In this document: in pieces, positions 28,847-39,784 of the stretch
How positions within the stretch are numbered: position 1 is the stretch's first letter
Layout: each line of letters begins with the position of its first letter
NCBI RefSeq assembly: GCF_026626665.1
Contig: NZ_JAPNKE010000002.1
Location: forward strand, 1,485,204-1,549,203
Source: Nannocystis pusilla
Lineage (GTDB): Bacteria; Myxococcota_A; Polyangia; Nannocystales; Nannocystaceae
DNA: 64,000 bases
Direction of reading: 5' to 3'
The notes under the pieces: model-generated
Database searches by the model: none
The model's input: the letters and a program-made list of their open reading frames with translations, nothing else
What the model was told of the DNA's origin: nothing
Translations under genes and position numbers: made by a program

Positions 28847-31800
28847 TCATCGGGCCTGCTCGGTGGCCTGGACGGGGGCGAGGTCGTCGGCCGCGGCCGC
28901 GTCGGGCGGGAGCAGGGGCAGCCAGAGGCGCACGGCGGTGCCGCGACCGAGCTCGCTGTCGATGCGGATGGTGCCGCCGTGGGCGCGGACGAACTTCTGC
29001 GCCATCGACAGGCCGAGGCCGGTGCCCTTGCCGGGCGGCTTGGTGGTGTAAAACGGCTCGAACACGTGCGGCAGGTCGTGGGCGGCGATGCCGACGCCGC
29101 TGTCGCGGATGACGATCTCGGCGCCGTCGCGGCCGTCGCCGCCGGGCGCGCCGCGGGCCTCGATCTCGATCGCGCCGCCGGGGCCGGTGGCGTCGGCGGC
29201 GTTGCCGAAGATGTTGAGGAGGGCGGACTCGAGCGAGGGGCGGTGGACCACCAGCGCGGGCAGCGAGGCGCCGGTGAACCCGGCGATCAGGCGGACGCCG
29301 CGCTCGTCGGCCTCGGGGCGGACGAGCTCCACCAACCAGTGGAGCACCTGGGCGAGCTCGCAGCGCTCGGCGCCGGGCGGGCGCCGGCGGGTGTAGGCGA
29401 GGAGGGCGTCGACGAGGGCGGCGCAGCGCTGCGAGTGACGCTCGATCCGCTCGAGGGCGCGGCGCACGAACGGATCGCGGGGGCTGCGGCGCAGCAGCAT
29501 CTGCGCGCTCATGCGGATGACCGCGACCGGGTTGTTGAGCTCGTGCGAGAGGCCGGCCACGAGGGCGCCGACGGCCGCCATCTTGCTCGACTGCACGAGC
29601 TGCTCCTGGGCGTCCTGGAGGGCGCCCAGGGCCTGCTCGAGCGCCTGCTTCTGGCGCACGACCTCGAGGTGGGTGCGGTGCAGGCGGAGCGCGGCGCGGA
29701 CGCGCGAGCGCAGCTCGACGGCGGCGAACGGCTTGGGCAAGTAGTCGTCGGCGCCGACGTCGAGGCCGCGCGCGGTCTCCTCGCGGCTGGCCTTGGCGCT
29801 GAGCAGGACGACGGGGACGTGGCGCAGGTCGTCGTCGCGCTTGAGCCGGGTGACGAGCTCGTAGCCGTCCATCTCCGGCATCATGACGTCGGCGAGGATG
29901 ACGTCGGGCGGGCGAGCGCGGGCGGCCTGCAGGGCGTCGAGGCCGTTGGCGGTCAGCTCGACGGCGTAGTCGGGGCCGAGGACCGCGGCGATGTAGGCGC
30001 GCATGTCGGGGTTGTCGTCGGCGACGAGGAGGCGCGGGAGGTCGGGCGCGGGCTCGGGGCGGACGTCGTCGACGACGACGTCGAAGCGGCCGCGCGGGGC
30101 GACGGCGGGCGCGGGCGCGGCGGCGAGGTCGACGAGGCGATCGGCGTCGATCGGCAGGTCGACGACGAAGCAGGCGCCCTGGCCGAGGGCGCTGTGGAGC
30201 TCGACGGCGCCGCCGAGCTCCGCGGCGAACTCGCGCACGATCGCCAGCCCGAGGCCGGTGCCCTCGTGCTTGCGGCTGATCGAGCTGTCGAGCTGCTCGA
30301 AGCGCTGGAACACCCGCTCGTGCTCGTCGGGGGCGATGCCGGGGCCGGTGTCGCGGACGGTGAGGTGCAGCCGCCCGCGATCGCCGGCGAGCGCGACGGT
30401 GACGGCGCCGCCGGCGGGGGTGAACTTGAGGGCGTTGCCGAGGAGGTTGAGCAGGATCTTCTCGAACATGCGCCGGTCGAGCGGGACGACCCCGAGGTCG
30501 TCCGCCAGCGCGTGCCGCAGGTCGATGCCCGCGGCCTGGGCGGCCGGCTCGGCGTCGAGGACGATGTCGAGCACGAGGCCGCGGACGTCGACCGGCTCCC
30601 AGGTCGGCCGCAGCTTGCCGGCCTCGAGCTTTTGATAGTCGAGGATGTCGTCGACGAGCCGGCCGAGCCGCGAGGCGTTGCGCCACATGCGAGTCAAGGC
30701 GGACCGCGCCTGCTCGCCGCGCAGATCGTCGGCGCCGGCGAGCAGCGACTCGAGCGGGCCGAGGATCAGCGCGAGCGGGGTCCGCAGCTCGTGGCTGATG
30801 GTGGTGAGGAACTCGCTCTTGGCCCGCAGCGCGGCGTCGGCGGCCTCCTTGGCCCGCTGCAGCTCGAGCTCCATGCGCTTGCGCTCGGTGATGTCGACGT
30901 GGATGCCGAGGAGGCCGGTGACCTCGCCGCTGTCGTCGCGGATCGGGACCTTGCTGGTCAAGAGGTACGAGTCGGTGCCGTCGGACAAGCGCAGCGGCTC
31001 CTCGATGTTGAGGATCGGGACGCCGCTGCGCATGACCTTGTCGTCCATCATGCGGAAGAAATCGGCCTCCTCGCGCGAGGCGACGACTTCGTAGTCGGTC
31101 TTGCCGATCACCTCCTCGAGGCTGGTGAAGCGGGTGCTCTGGAGGAAGTGCTGGTTGCAGCCGAGGTAGCGCGAGTCGCGGTCCTTCCAGAAGATCGCCT
31201 GCGGGACGTTGGCCAGCACGTACTTGAAGACCGCCTGCTGGCTGGCGTAGCGCGCGATCGTCTGCTCGCGCTCGGTGACGTCGAGGGCGACGCCGATGAA
31301 GCCCTGCACCACGCCGTCGACGCGGATCGGGCTGTAGTGAGCCTCGTAGAGCACGCCGCGCAGGGCGCCGACCGCCGTCAACGATTCGCCGGCGAGCGCC
31401 CGGTGGGCGGCGTCGACCACCCATGGGATGTCGCCGTAGGTCTCGAAGATCGAGCGGCCGACGTCGTCGCCGGGGTGCGGGCGCAGCGGGCTGAGGCCGT
31501 GGGGCTCGTTCAAGGTGAGGACGCCGCGGGCGTCGCAGGCGAACAGCACGACCGGGGCGTGGCTGAGGAGCGCGCGGAGGTGCTGGTCGGACTTCAGGTC
31601 GGGGGCGACGAGCGGCGCGGGCTCGGGGCGGAGGACGATCCAGGCGCCCTCGGGACGCGGGACGACGCGCACGGAGAGCCGGGTGCCGCGGCCGTCGTCG
31701 GTGCATAAGCGGACCTCGTCGATGCCTCGACAGGCCTGGTCGAGCGCGGAGTGCGGCAGCAGGCTGGCGAGGTCGCGGCCGATCAGGGCGGCGCGCTCGG

Positions 31801-32047
31801 CCCCGAGCAAGCGCTCGGCGGCGGCGTTGGCGGCCTCGACGGCGCCGGCCGGCGAGACGACGAGGAGCGCGTCGTCCATCAACTCGGTGAACTCGGCCCC
31901 AGGCAGCACGCCCGCCAAGAATACGTGATGCGGGCAGGTTGTTCGAGCGGACGACGAGGGAGGAGGTCGGCCGCGCCCGGGTCCTCGCGGCCGCGACGCC
32001 GACCGGCGGGCGGGCCCGCCGCCCCCGCCCGGCGCGCACGGAACCAC
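28847..32047 (-). CDS. hybrid sensor histidine kinase/response regulator: PAS, PAS, HisKA-HATPase, REC, HisKA-HATPase
   Basis: The first H-box is SHELRTPL and the second H-box is LSHELNNP, separated by a REC domain (LLVADDNPDMR…DVILADVMMP…). Each H-box is followed by an HATPase domain containing a GTGLGL motif. The nominal start is GTG at 32047; a more likely ATG (MDDALLVV…) lies at 31870. Confidence 0.85.
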   Translation of the reverse strand: MVPCAPGGGGGPARRSASRPRGPGRGRPPPSSSARTTCPHHVFLAGVLPGAEFTELMDDALLVVSPAGAVEAANAAAERLLGAERAALIGRDLASLLPHSALDQACRGIDEVRLCTDDGRGTRLSVRVVPRPEGAWIVLRPEPAPLVAPDLKSDQHLRALLSHAPVVLFACDARGVLTLNEPHGLSPLRPHPGDDVGRSIFETYGDIPWVVDAAHRALAGESLTAVGALRGVLYEAHYSPIRVDGVVQGFIGVALDVTEREQTIARYASQQAVFKYVLANVPQAIFWKDRDSRYLGCNQHFLQSTRFTSLEEVIGKTDYEVVASREEADFFRMMDDKVMRSGVPILNIEEPLRLSDGTDSYLLTSKVPIRDDSGEVTGLLGIHVDITERKRMELELQRAKEAADAALRAKSEFLTTISHELRTPLALILGPLESLLAGADDLRGEQARSALTRMWRNASRLGRLVDDILDYQKLEAGKLRPTWEPVDVRGLVLDIVLDAEPAAQAAGIDLRHALADDLGVVPLDRRMFEKILLNLLGNALKFTPAGGAVTVALAGDRGRLHLTVRDTGPGIAPDEHERVFQRFEQLDSSISRKHEGTGLGLAIVREFAAELGGAVELHSALGQGACFVVDLPIDADRLVDLAAAPAPAVAPRGRFDVVVDDVRPEPAPDLPRLLVADDNPDMRAYIAAVLGPDYAVELTANGLDALQAARARPPDVILADVMMPEMDGYELVTRLKRDDDLRHVPVVLLSAKASREETARGLDVGADDYLPKPFAAVELRSRVRAALRLHRTHLEVVRQKQALEQALGALQDAQEQLVQSSKMAAVGALVAGLSHELNNPVAVIRMSAQMLLRRSPRDPFVRRALERIERHSQRCAALVDALLAYTRRRPPGAERCELAQVLHWLVELVRPEADERGVRLIAGFTGASLPALVVHRPSLESALLNIFGNAADATGPGGAIEIEARGAPGGDGRDGAEIVIRDSGVGIAAHDLPHVFEPFYTTKPPGKGTGLGLSMAQKFVRAHGGTIRIDSELGRGTAVRLWLPLLPPDAAAADDLAPVQATEQAR

Positions 32048-32162
32048 GCTCGGCGAGGTCGAACGAGGCCGTCGCGGCCGCTCTTGGCTGCGGTCGGCGA
32101 GCTCGATCGCGTGGGGGCGGCGAGGCCGGCGGCCGCGGGGCGGAAGACGGTTGTATGGTTTT

Positions 32163-32215
32163 TAAGACATGCTTGAATGGACATGTTGACTGGGACATGT
32201 CCTGGAGGTCATGCG
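32163..32215. repeat. 14-bp periodic repeat array, about 4 units
   Basis: aagacatgcttgaatggacatgttgactgggacatgtcctggaggtcatgcgg. Confidence 0.65.
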
Positions 32216-32490
32216 GCGAGGCGGCGGGCGCGGGGTCGCTCGATGTCGGAGCGGCGCGGGCTGCTCAGGGCGGCGTGGGCGTGAGCGCCGGGGCGAGGCG
32301 GGCTCGCGCGGGCGCGCGAGGCGGGGAGAAGTGGGTCGATGTCGGGGCCGAGGCGCCGGCGGGCCGTCCGCCGACCGCGAGGCGGCGGGGGCGGACTGGC
32401 AGGTGCGGGGTGCCTCGATAGCCTTCGCCGAGGCGCTGGCGACGTCGCGGGGCGAGGCGCGAGCGCGGGGCGGCCGGGGAGAGGACACGC

Positions 32491-32866
32491 CATGGAGATT
32501 CGTCGCTGTCGTCGCGGGTTCGCGTTCGTGGGACTGCTGCCATTGATGGTCTCGCCGGGCTGCGAGGAGGTGCAGACATTCGGCGACGACGCGGACGAAT
32601 GGGACGGGACCGCGACGAGCGAGGCGGAGCCGGCGGCCGCGCGCGGCGGGAGCTCGATGCAATCGCAGCACGGCCTGACGTGCAGCAACCGCTGGGCCGA
32701 GGATTGGGGGGCCACGAATTGCGCCGGCACGCCCGGGGTGAAGTGGCGCCTGAAGGTGCGCTGCTGGTGGCACGGCGAGCGTCTGGGGCCGTGGCGGTCC
32801 GGTCCGGGCTCGGACCGCATCACGTGCAGCCTCGGCGCGCAGCGCTCGATGGTGGTGTGGGGCTGA
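32491..32866 (+). CDS. small Cys/Trp-rich putative lipoprotein
   Basis: ATG at 32491 (MEIRRCRRGFAFVGLLPLMVSPGC…). 125 aa. Confidence 0.4.
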
Positions 32867-32936
32867 TCCGCGCGGAGGCGTCCGCGCAGGGGCGGGTGGC
32901 CTGGTTGCGCGCGACGCCGGCGGGTACCATGCGCCG

Positions 32937-34623
<1,687 letters not shown>

Positions 34624-34859
34624 CGCGCGGGCGAGGATAGCAAGGTTCGACGTTGGGGAGCCTTTCGGGTGGCTCATGACGGCGATAAACGGTGTTCCGG
34701 GTGGTGAACTGGGCATGATTTTGGCGGTAAGAGCTTCGACGATAAGAACCATAATTGTAGAACCGCTGAGCGGTGTTCAGTCGGGCCGGTGTCTATACCC
34801 CGTCTAGCTCGCACGCTGATGTCTGAAGCGGGAGCCTTCGGGATCAAAGCGGCACGCAG

Positions 34860-34888
34860 GTGACAAACAGAGGGGCAATCTGTACGCT
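34860..34888 (+). promoter_or_regulatory. candidate sigma70-like promoter for the island operon
   Basis: TTGACA (34860-34865), a 17-nt spacer, then TACGCT (34883-34888), 9 nt before the ATG at 34898. This implies a near-leaderless transcript. Weak evidence. Confidence 0.2.
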
Positions 34889-34897
34889 CGGGCGAGC

Positions 34898-35452
34898 ATG
34901 TCCGAGTCCCAGGAGTGCCTTAAACATCTTCACCAACTGTTCGTCTCCTTGTTCTCCGAAGACGAGCTGAGAAGATTCGTGGCTTACGGTCCCAGCGGGA
35001 CGCAACTCTCAATTGCTGCCGGGACCTGAAACTACCCTCGACAATTGGCTTATTCGGCGATAGACGTTCTTTTCCGACACAATCTGATAGATTTGCATCT
35101 CTTCGATCGACTTTTGGCTGATTTTTCGAGGCGAGGTAATGACATCTCCAATGTGGCGCAAGAATGGGGGATCGTGCTCAAGCGCGCTGAACAACAAATA
35201 ACGCCTTCGCCGCCCGAGGCCGAAGCGCTCAAGACGGTCACCAAACTACCTGCTGACGAGGTCGAAACGAACCGACGACATCTTTCTCAGCGACATGCCG
35301 CATTGCTGGTCGAGCGGGCCCGAGAGTTGGAAGACGGTGGCGACGAAACGAGTCTGCAAGACGTCCTCGGCGAATCGAAGAAGCGAATCGCGCGATGCGT
35401 GCCGGTCCTCAGGTCCAAGTGGGTACCGTTCTCGGTCACCGCTACAAACTGA
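34898..35452 (+). pseudogene. island ORF A: Death-like / effector-associated-domain (EAD)-like N-terminal module interrupted by an in-frame TGA, plus a helical linker
   Basis: The ATG at 34898 encodes MSESQECLKHLHQLFVSLFSEDELRRFVAYGPSGTQLSIAAGT, followed by TGA at 35027-35029. The same frame continues as …QLAYSAIDVLFRHNLIDLHLFDRLLADF…, so the helical-domain signature (L-x2-LF-x3-FS-x-DELRRF … L-x3-L) spans the stop. The frame ends at 35452, overlapping the kinase start. Confidence 0.4.
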
Positions 35453-36177
35453 AAAAGATCCTTGGGAGTGGCGGTGGGGCCGTTGTATTCGAAGCCTTCG
35501 ATTGGCATGAAAAGAAGACGGTTGCGGTCAAAGTCTTGCGCCCAGCTCTCGGAGATAACGGGGAGATCCGGGATCGGTTTTTCCGAGGTGCGCGAAGTAT
35601 GGATGAACTAGCGGGCCATGGGGTTGTCCGCGTGACGGATCGAGGCGGATCGGACCGAGGGTATCACTATTTTGCGATGGAACTGCTCCACGGACGCTTT
35701 CGCACCGTGATCGAAAATGAGGTCCTGAGCTTGCGAAACCGCCTAGACTTGGTCAGGCAAGTCGGAAAAACGCTCGAGGCAGCCCATGCCCGGGGCATCA
35801 TCCACCGGGACATCCGACCGGACAATATCTTGATGGGCGGCGACAGAAAGCCGTACTTGACGGACTTTGATATCGCGCTCTCTCTGCATGAGACTCGATA
35901 TACGCAAATCGGCTTGATGGGAAATATAGTGTATTCTGCTCCTGAGCAGCTGAAGGATCCGCGCGACGCCACCGAGCGCTCCGACATCTACTCGCTGGCT
36001 ATGTTGGCCGTTTACGCGATCCTTCGCGAGGACCCAGATCTTGCCGCCTTTCAGCGTGATCGTTACCTCTTTATTGAACATCTCAACTGTCCCCTAGAAG
36101 TCAAGCAACTGTTGGCTCGAGCTCTCTCTGCGCCCGCGCGACCGGTTCTACGCGTCGGTCTCGGACTTCTGCAGTGA
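35395..36177 (+). CDS. island ORF B: Hanks-type Ser/Thr protein kinase
   Basis: ILGSGGGAVVFEA (Gly loop), VAVKVL, HRDIRPDNILM, a DFD in place of DFG, YSAPEQL, and DIYSLAMLAV. AT-richer codon usage than the host. Confidence 0.8.
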   Translation: MRAGPQVQVGTVLGHRYKLKKILGSGGGAVVFEAFDWHEKKTVAVKVLRPALGDNGEIRDRFFRGARSMDELAGHGVVRVTDRGGSDRGYHYFAMELLHGRFRTVIENEVLSLRNRLDLVRQVGKTLEAAHARGIIHRDIRPDNILMGGDRKPYLTDFDIALSLHETRYTQIGLMGNIVYSAPEQLKDPRDATERSDIYSLAMLAVYAILREDPDLAAFQRDRYLFIEHLNCPLEVKQLLARALSAPARPVLRVGLGLLQ

Positions 36178-36249
36178 CTTGGACCTGGCGCTCCCGGCTA
36201 TCGAGGTCGAGTTGGAGGGGGTCACAGTTTTGTCTCGTTGGACCGCTTG

Positions 36250-37197
36250 ATGCGGCTCTCAGACAAGGAATTTGACGCCCAGGTTGCGCGGGTGGAGGCA
36301 GACATCAATGGTTCTCCGGCCGGACGGCAGTGGCAGGCGCGGCGTGGCCCTCGTAGCCTTCGTGTCGTGGACTTGCTCTCGGCTGCCCGTACTTATGGTA
36401 CAAACGTAGAATTCGAAGGCCGCGAAACTGACCCTGTTTTTTCGGCTACGAGGAGATTAGAGAAATCGAGCGATTTGGATTGGGAGCGCATGTTTGAGAT
36501 TCTATGCGAATTAGCGCCTGGAGACTTTCAGGCTTTCCTGTTTGTTTTCCCTCGCGGAAACGAAGTGAGTGATCCTGGTGCAGCGAGGATTCACCGAGTA
36601 AAGCAAATCTTACAACTGGCGAGGTCTTCCGGCCCAAGCGTGCTCTATGGACTCGTACGGGAGTTCAGGCAACGATTTGAGCTCTTTCCGGACCGGATCG
36701 TAGCCCAACATCCGATGGCTCAGGAATTCTGGGCGCGAGCGCGTTTGCGCAGTGCCGTCGACGAACTGGATGCTGCCATTCCAGATGCTAGTGAGGCCTG
36801 TTGGCAGATGAGACATGCGATCTCGTCCAGAGAGTACGGAGATCTTGAACAATTATTGCGAAATCTGCAGAGGTGGCGAACTTACCCGTTGCAGGCTGCG
36901 CAATGGATCGGCCGCGTTCACAGCCTGCTCATGGAAGTGCCAAAGGCTCTTCGGCGAGGTCTTCGCCGGGAGTGCCGCCACTCTCTTTTCCGGCACGCCG
37001 AGATGTACCGCACTCTCTGCCGTCTCGAGGCGGACGAATGGGAGAGGGTGCGTTCCGAATTCGTTATAGTAAGCGCGAGTCCGGACTTCGCCTGTAGGGC
37101 CGTGGAAGTACAGGTTTTTATGTCGCAAGTTGTTTCTGTAAGTTGCGATGCTCTGTATGGGCGCCTTAAAAGAACTCTGCTTACGAGTTGCCCCTGA
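36250..37197 (+). CDS. island ORF C: hypothetical protein with a central EAD/Death-like module
   Basis: …WERMFEILCELAPGDFQAFLFVFPRGNEVSDPGAARIHRVKQILQLARSSGPSVLYGLVREF… matches the 'F-x2-LvF-x-L … ip … a-x3-ra-x2-Ll-x-wa-x3-g … L-x3-L' EAD-type pattern. The C-terminal half is alpha-helical and unknown. The frame is the same as the kinase, after the kinase TGA. Confidence 0.45.
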   Translation: MRLSDKEFDAQVARVEADINGSPAGRQWQARRGPRSLRVVDLLSAARTYGTNVEFEGRETDPVFSATRRLEKSSDLDWERMFEILCELAPGDFQAFLFVFPRGNEVSDPGAARIHRVKQILQLARSSGPSVLYGLVREFRQRFELFPDRIVAQHPMAQEFWARARLRSAVDELDAAIPDASEACWQMRHAISSREYGDLEQLLRNLQRWRTYPLQAAQWIGRVHSLLMEVPKALRRGLRRECRHSLFRHAEMYRTLCRLEADEWERVRSEFVIVSASPDFACRAVEVQVFMSQVVSVSCDALYGRLKRTLLTSCP

Positions 37198-37267
37198 TTA
37201 GATCTGAACTGCATCCGTCTGAGATTGACGCACTTATTGACGAGCTTGAGGGAATATTCCAACGAGA

Positions 37268-37588
37268 TTGATTATGTATTGCGATCGGCAGTGGGATGAG
37301 AGTAAATCTTGGAAGGAAATACTAAAGGACATCCGGGCTTTCGACGTGGACCGGCCGCAAAGGAGTTATATTATGCTGCGCCAGGAATTCGTAGGATCTT
37401 GTGGCTTGGGAGATCCGCTCCGAGCTCTCACGGGCGAGACAGCGAAGGAGAAAAGTCGAGGAATTTTCGACGTTCTACGGAAAAGGTACACGATCGAGGA
37501 CATGTACCGGGTCATTGCGGCACTACAAATCCCCTCATGGTACCGGCAGCCGGGGAAATCTCGTTCCTCGACTTGCTCGACAGCCTGA
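37268..37588 (+). CDS. island ORF D: small Death-domain-like protein
   Basis: 106 aa. …SWKEILKDIRAFDVD…SYIMLRQEFVGSCGLGDPLRAL…KSRGIFDVLRKRYTIEDMYRVIAALQ resembles a six-helix Death-domain pattern. An alternative frame continues to 37698. Confidence 0.35.
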   Translation: MIMYCDRQWDESKSWKEILKDIRAFDVDRPQRSYIMLRQEFVGSCGLGDPLRALTGETAKEKSRGIFDVLRKRYTIEDMYRVIAALQIPSWYRQPGKSRSSTCSTA

Positions 37589-37670
37589 CTTCCTTTTTGA
37601 TGTTTCTCAACATACCCGGCGCATGCGAAGCTCACGCCGCGATGGAGCCTGATGGATTCGTCGGCTGGAT

Positions 37671-39194
37671 TCACCTCCAGCGAGTTGTTCCATCGTAGCC
37701 GACGGGCGGAAGGGAAGTGGCTCTCGTCGATGCGGCGCGAGCGATCAGCCCGGCGGGGGTGACGCTCTTGAGCTGGCCGCCGGTCATGTCGGAGTAGACG
37801 TAGTGGTCGCCGGCGACGGGGATGTTCTGCATCGCCGGGACGTTGAGCGGGTCGATCTTCCAGGCCCAGCCCTGCTGGTCGACCAGCCACACGAAGCCGT
37901 CGACGTCGACGCTGACGCCGATCGGGGTCGAGCACTGGGCGAGGGTGTGCTGGGCGACGAGGGTGCGGGTGGGGACGTCGATCTCGACGAGGCCGCACGG
38001 GCTGTTGGAGGCGACCCAGGCGTGGTCGTCGTGGTCGATGGCCATGCCGCGGTGACAGGCGTTGGTGCCGGCGACCGAGATCCACTGGCTGGTGGCGACG
38101 TCGTAGGTCGAGACGGGACCGGAGCAGCCGGCGAGCCACGGGTTGCCGTTGCGATCGACGGTCATGCCGTAGGTCTGGATGTTGGAGGGCTGGGGGATCC
38201 GCGTGAGCGTGATCGGGTTCTCGTTGGCGTTGACGCGCGCGAGCTTGCCGCGCAAACCGGTGAACCAGGCGTTGCCCAGCGGATCGAGGGCGCCGCCGTA
38301 AGGGGCGTAGCCGCTGCCGTTCCACGCGACGGCCTCGAGCGACTGCTCCATCACGCCGGTGGCGCCGTCGAGCCGGACCATGTTGGCAGAGCCGGCCTGG
38401 AGGGCGCCGAAGCCGAGCCAGACCTTCTGGTTCTTGTAGGTGCAGGTGGCCTTGTCGTAGTCGCCGATGGTCCAGGTGATGCCGCGCGGACCCTCGATGT
38501 ACTGGCCCGACCAGTTGGCGTGGACGAGGGTCCACACGACGCACTCGTCGGTGCCCCACGGCTTGATGTCGGCGACGCTGGTGGAGGTGGTGATCTGGCC
38601 GTCGCCGTTGAAGTCGATGCAATCGGCGATGTTGGCGGCGACGGCGGTGGAACGCCCGGTGCCGCGCGCGTTGACGACGACGAACCGTCCGTCGCCCGAG
38701 ACGGCGGTGCGCGAGACGCTCTCGGCGCCGCCGCTCGGACCGGTGAGGTAGCGCGCCTCCTCGACGAGGGTGCGCGTGTTGATCTTGGAGACGAGGCCGT
38801 CGCTGGTGGCGGGGATCCAGATGAAGCTCTCGTCGATGTCCATGTCGCCCGCGCAGCCCATGCCGCCGTCAGGCGTGACGCCGAGGTCGAACTTGGGGCC
38901 GCCGTTGGTGGTCATGGTCATGCCCGACATCGAACCGTTGCTGGTGGTCGGCGGGTCGCCGCTGGCGCTCTCGGTCTGACCGACGGTGCCGTCGGTGCCC
39001 TCGCTGGCGCTCATCGAACCCCCCTGCGTGGGGTCCGTCATGGTGGTCTCGGGCGGCAGGGTGAGGCTGCCGATGCTGGTCGCCACCGTGGTCGGAGCCG
39101 TGGCGCTGGCCGAGTCGGCGCGCCCGCTGTCACCGCAGGCGACGAGGAGACCGGCGACGGCCATGGATGCGACCGAAAAACGAGGGGAGACCAT
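37671..39194 (-). CDS. hypothetical lipoprotein, possibly beta-propeller-like
   Basis: Lipobox VAGLLVAC, then a Thr/Ser-rich linker and Trp/Gly-rich repeated segments. High GC again. Its 3' end abuts the right edge of the island. Confidence 0.5.
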   Translation of the reverse strand: MVSPRFSVASMAVAGLLVACGDSGRADSASATAPTTVATSIGSLTLPPETTMTDPTQGGSMSASEGTDGTVGQTESASGDPPTTSNGSMSGMTMTTNGGPKFDLGVTPDGGMGCAGDMDIDESFIWIPATSDGLVSKINTRTLVEEARYLTGPSGGAESVSRTAVSGDGRFVVVNARGTGRSTAVAANIADCIDFNGDGQITTSTSVADIKPWGTDECVVWTLVHANWSGQYIEGPRGITWTIGDYDKATCTYKNQKVWLGFGALQAGSANMVRLDGATGVMEQSLEAVAWNGSGYAPYGGALDPLGNAWFTGLRGKLARVNANENPITLTRIPQPSNIQTYGMTVDRNGNPWLAGCSGPVSTYDVATSQWISVAGTNACHRGMAIDHDDHAWVASNSPCGLVEIDVPTRTLVAQHTLAQCSTPIGVSVDVDGFVWLVDQQGWAWKIDPLNVPAMQNIPVAGDHYVYSDMTGGQLKSVTPAGLIARAASTRATSLPPVGYDGTTRWR

Positions 39195-39784
39195 GGGGCG
39201 ATGAACGCACGATCACCCTCATGAGGGCAAGTACCCGACCGAGCCGATCGAGACGGGGAGGTTCGGATCCATCGTCGGGGGAGCGCCGAGGGGCCTCGCA
39301 TGCGGGGGTCCCGGGGTCGCGTCGGCGACGCGCTAGCGACGAACAAGTGTCCGGCGAGCGATACGAGACGAGAGGCGGGGTCGCGCGGCGACGGGCGCCA
39401 TGCGAATGCGCAGAGAGGCGAGGGCCGGGCGAATGCGGGGAGGCGGCGAAAGAGGCCGTGAGAGGGGTTCAGGAGGGCGTCTGGCGAGGTTCGAGGAGAG
39501 GGTGGCGCGGTCCCGGCGGCAGAGTGATTGCAGCGAGGGCGCACGGTCGACGCATTGCGGGCCGGGACGGTGGGTCGGCGTCGGGAGCGCGGTCGGGCGC
39601 GGGGATCTCCGCAGGGGCTGCCCGCCGGCGTGGGTCGCGCCCAGGGCGAAAATCCCGGGGTCGATCGCGGGGCCGTCGGGGCCGGACGACCCGGGAGCCG
39701 CCGCGGGGCAGGGGATCGTCCGCGCGGCCCGGGTCCGCGGGCGGCTGCAGGGGCGTGCATTTCGGGCGCGGCGCCGCGGGCGGG

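Noticed and set aside
34640-34700. tRNA-like T-loop (GGTTCGACG) at the island's left edge as a possible attachment-site remnant
   Set aside because: It does not fit the GTTCRANYC T-loop consensus. No acceptor-stem or anticodon-arm complementarity was found, and no matching direct repeat was seen at the right edge.
35009-37262. Minus-strand ORFs inside the island (35009..35197, 35667..35987, 35743..36081, 36446..36637, 36610..36852, 36853..37128, 36918..37262)
   Set aside because: They are short, overlap the well-formed plus-strand genes, and have no recognisable motifs. They are most likely non-coding shadows.
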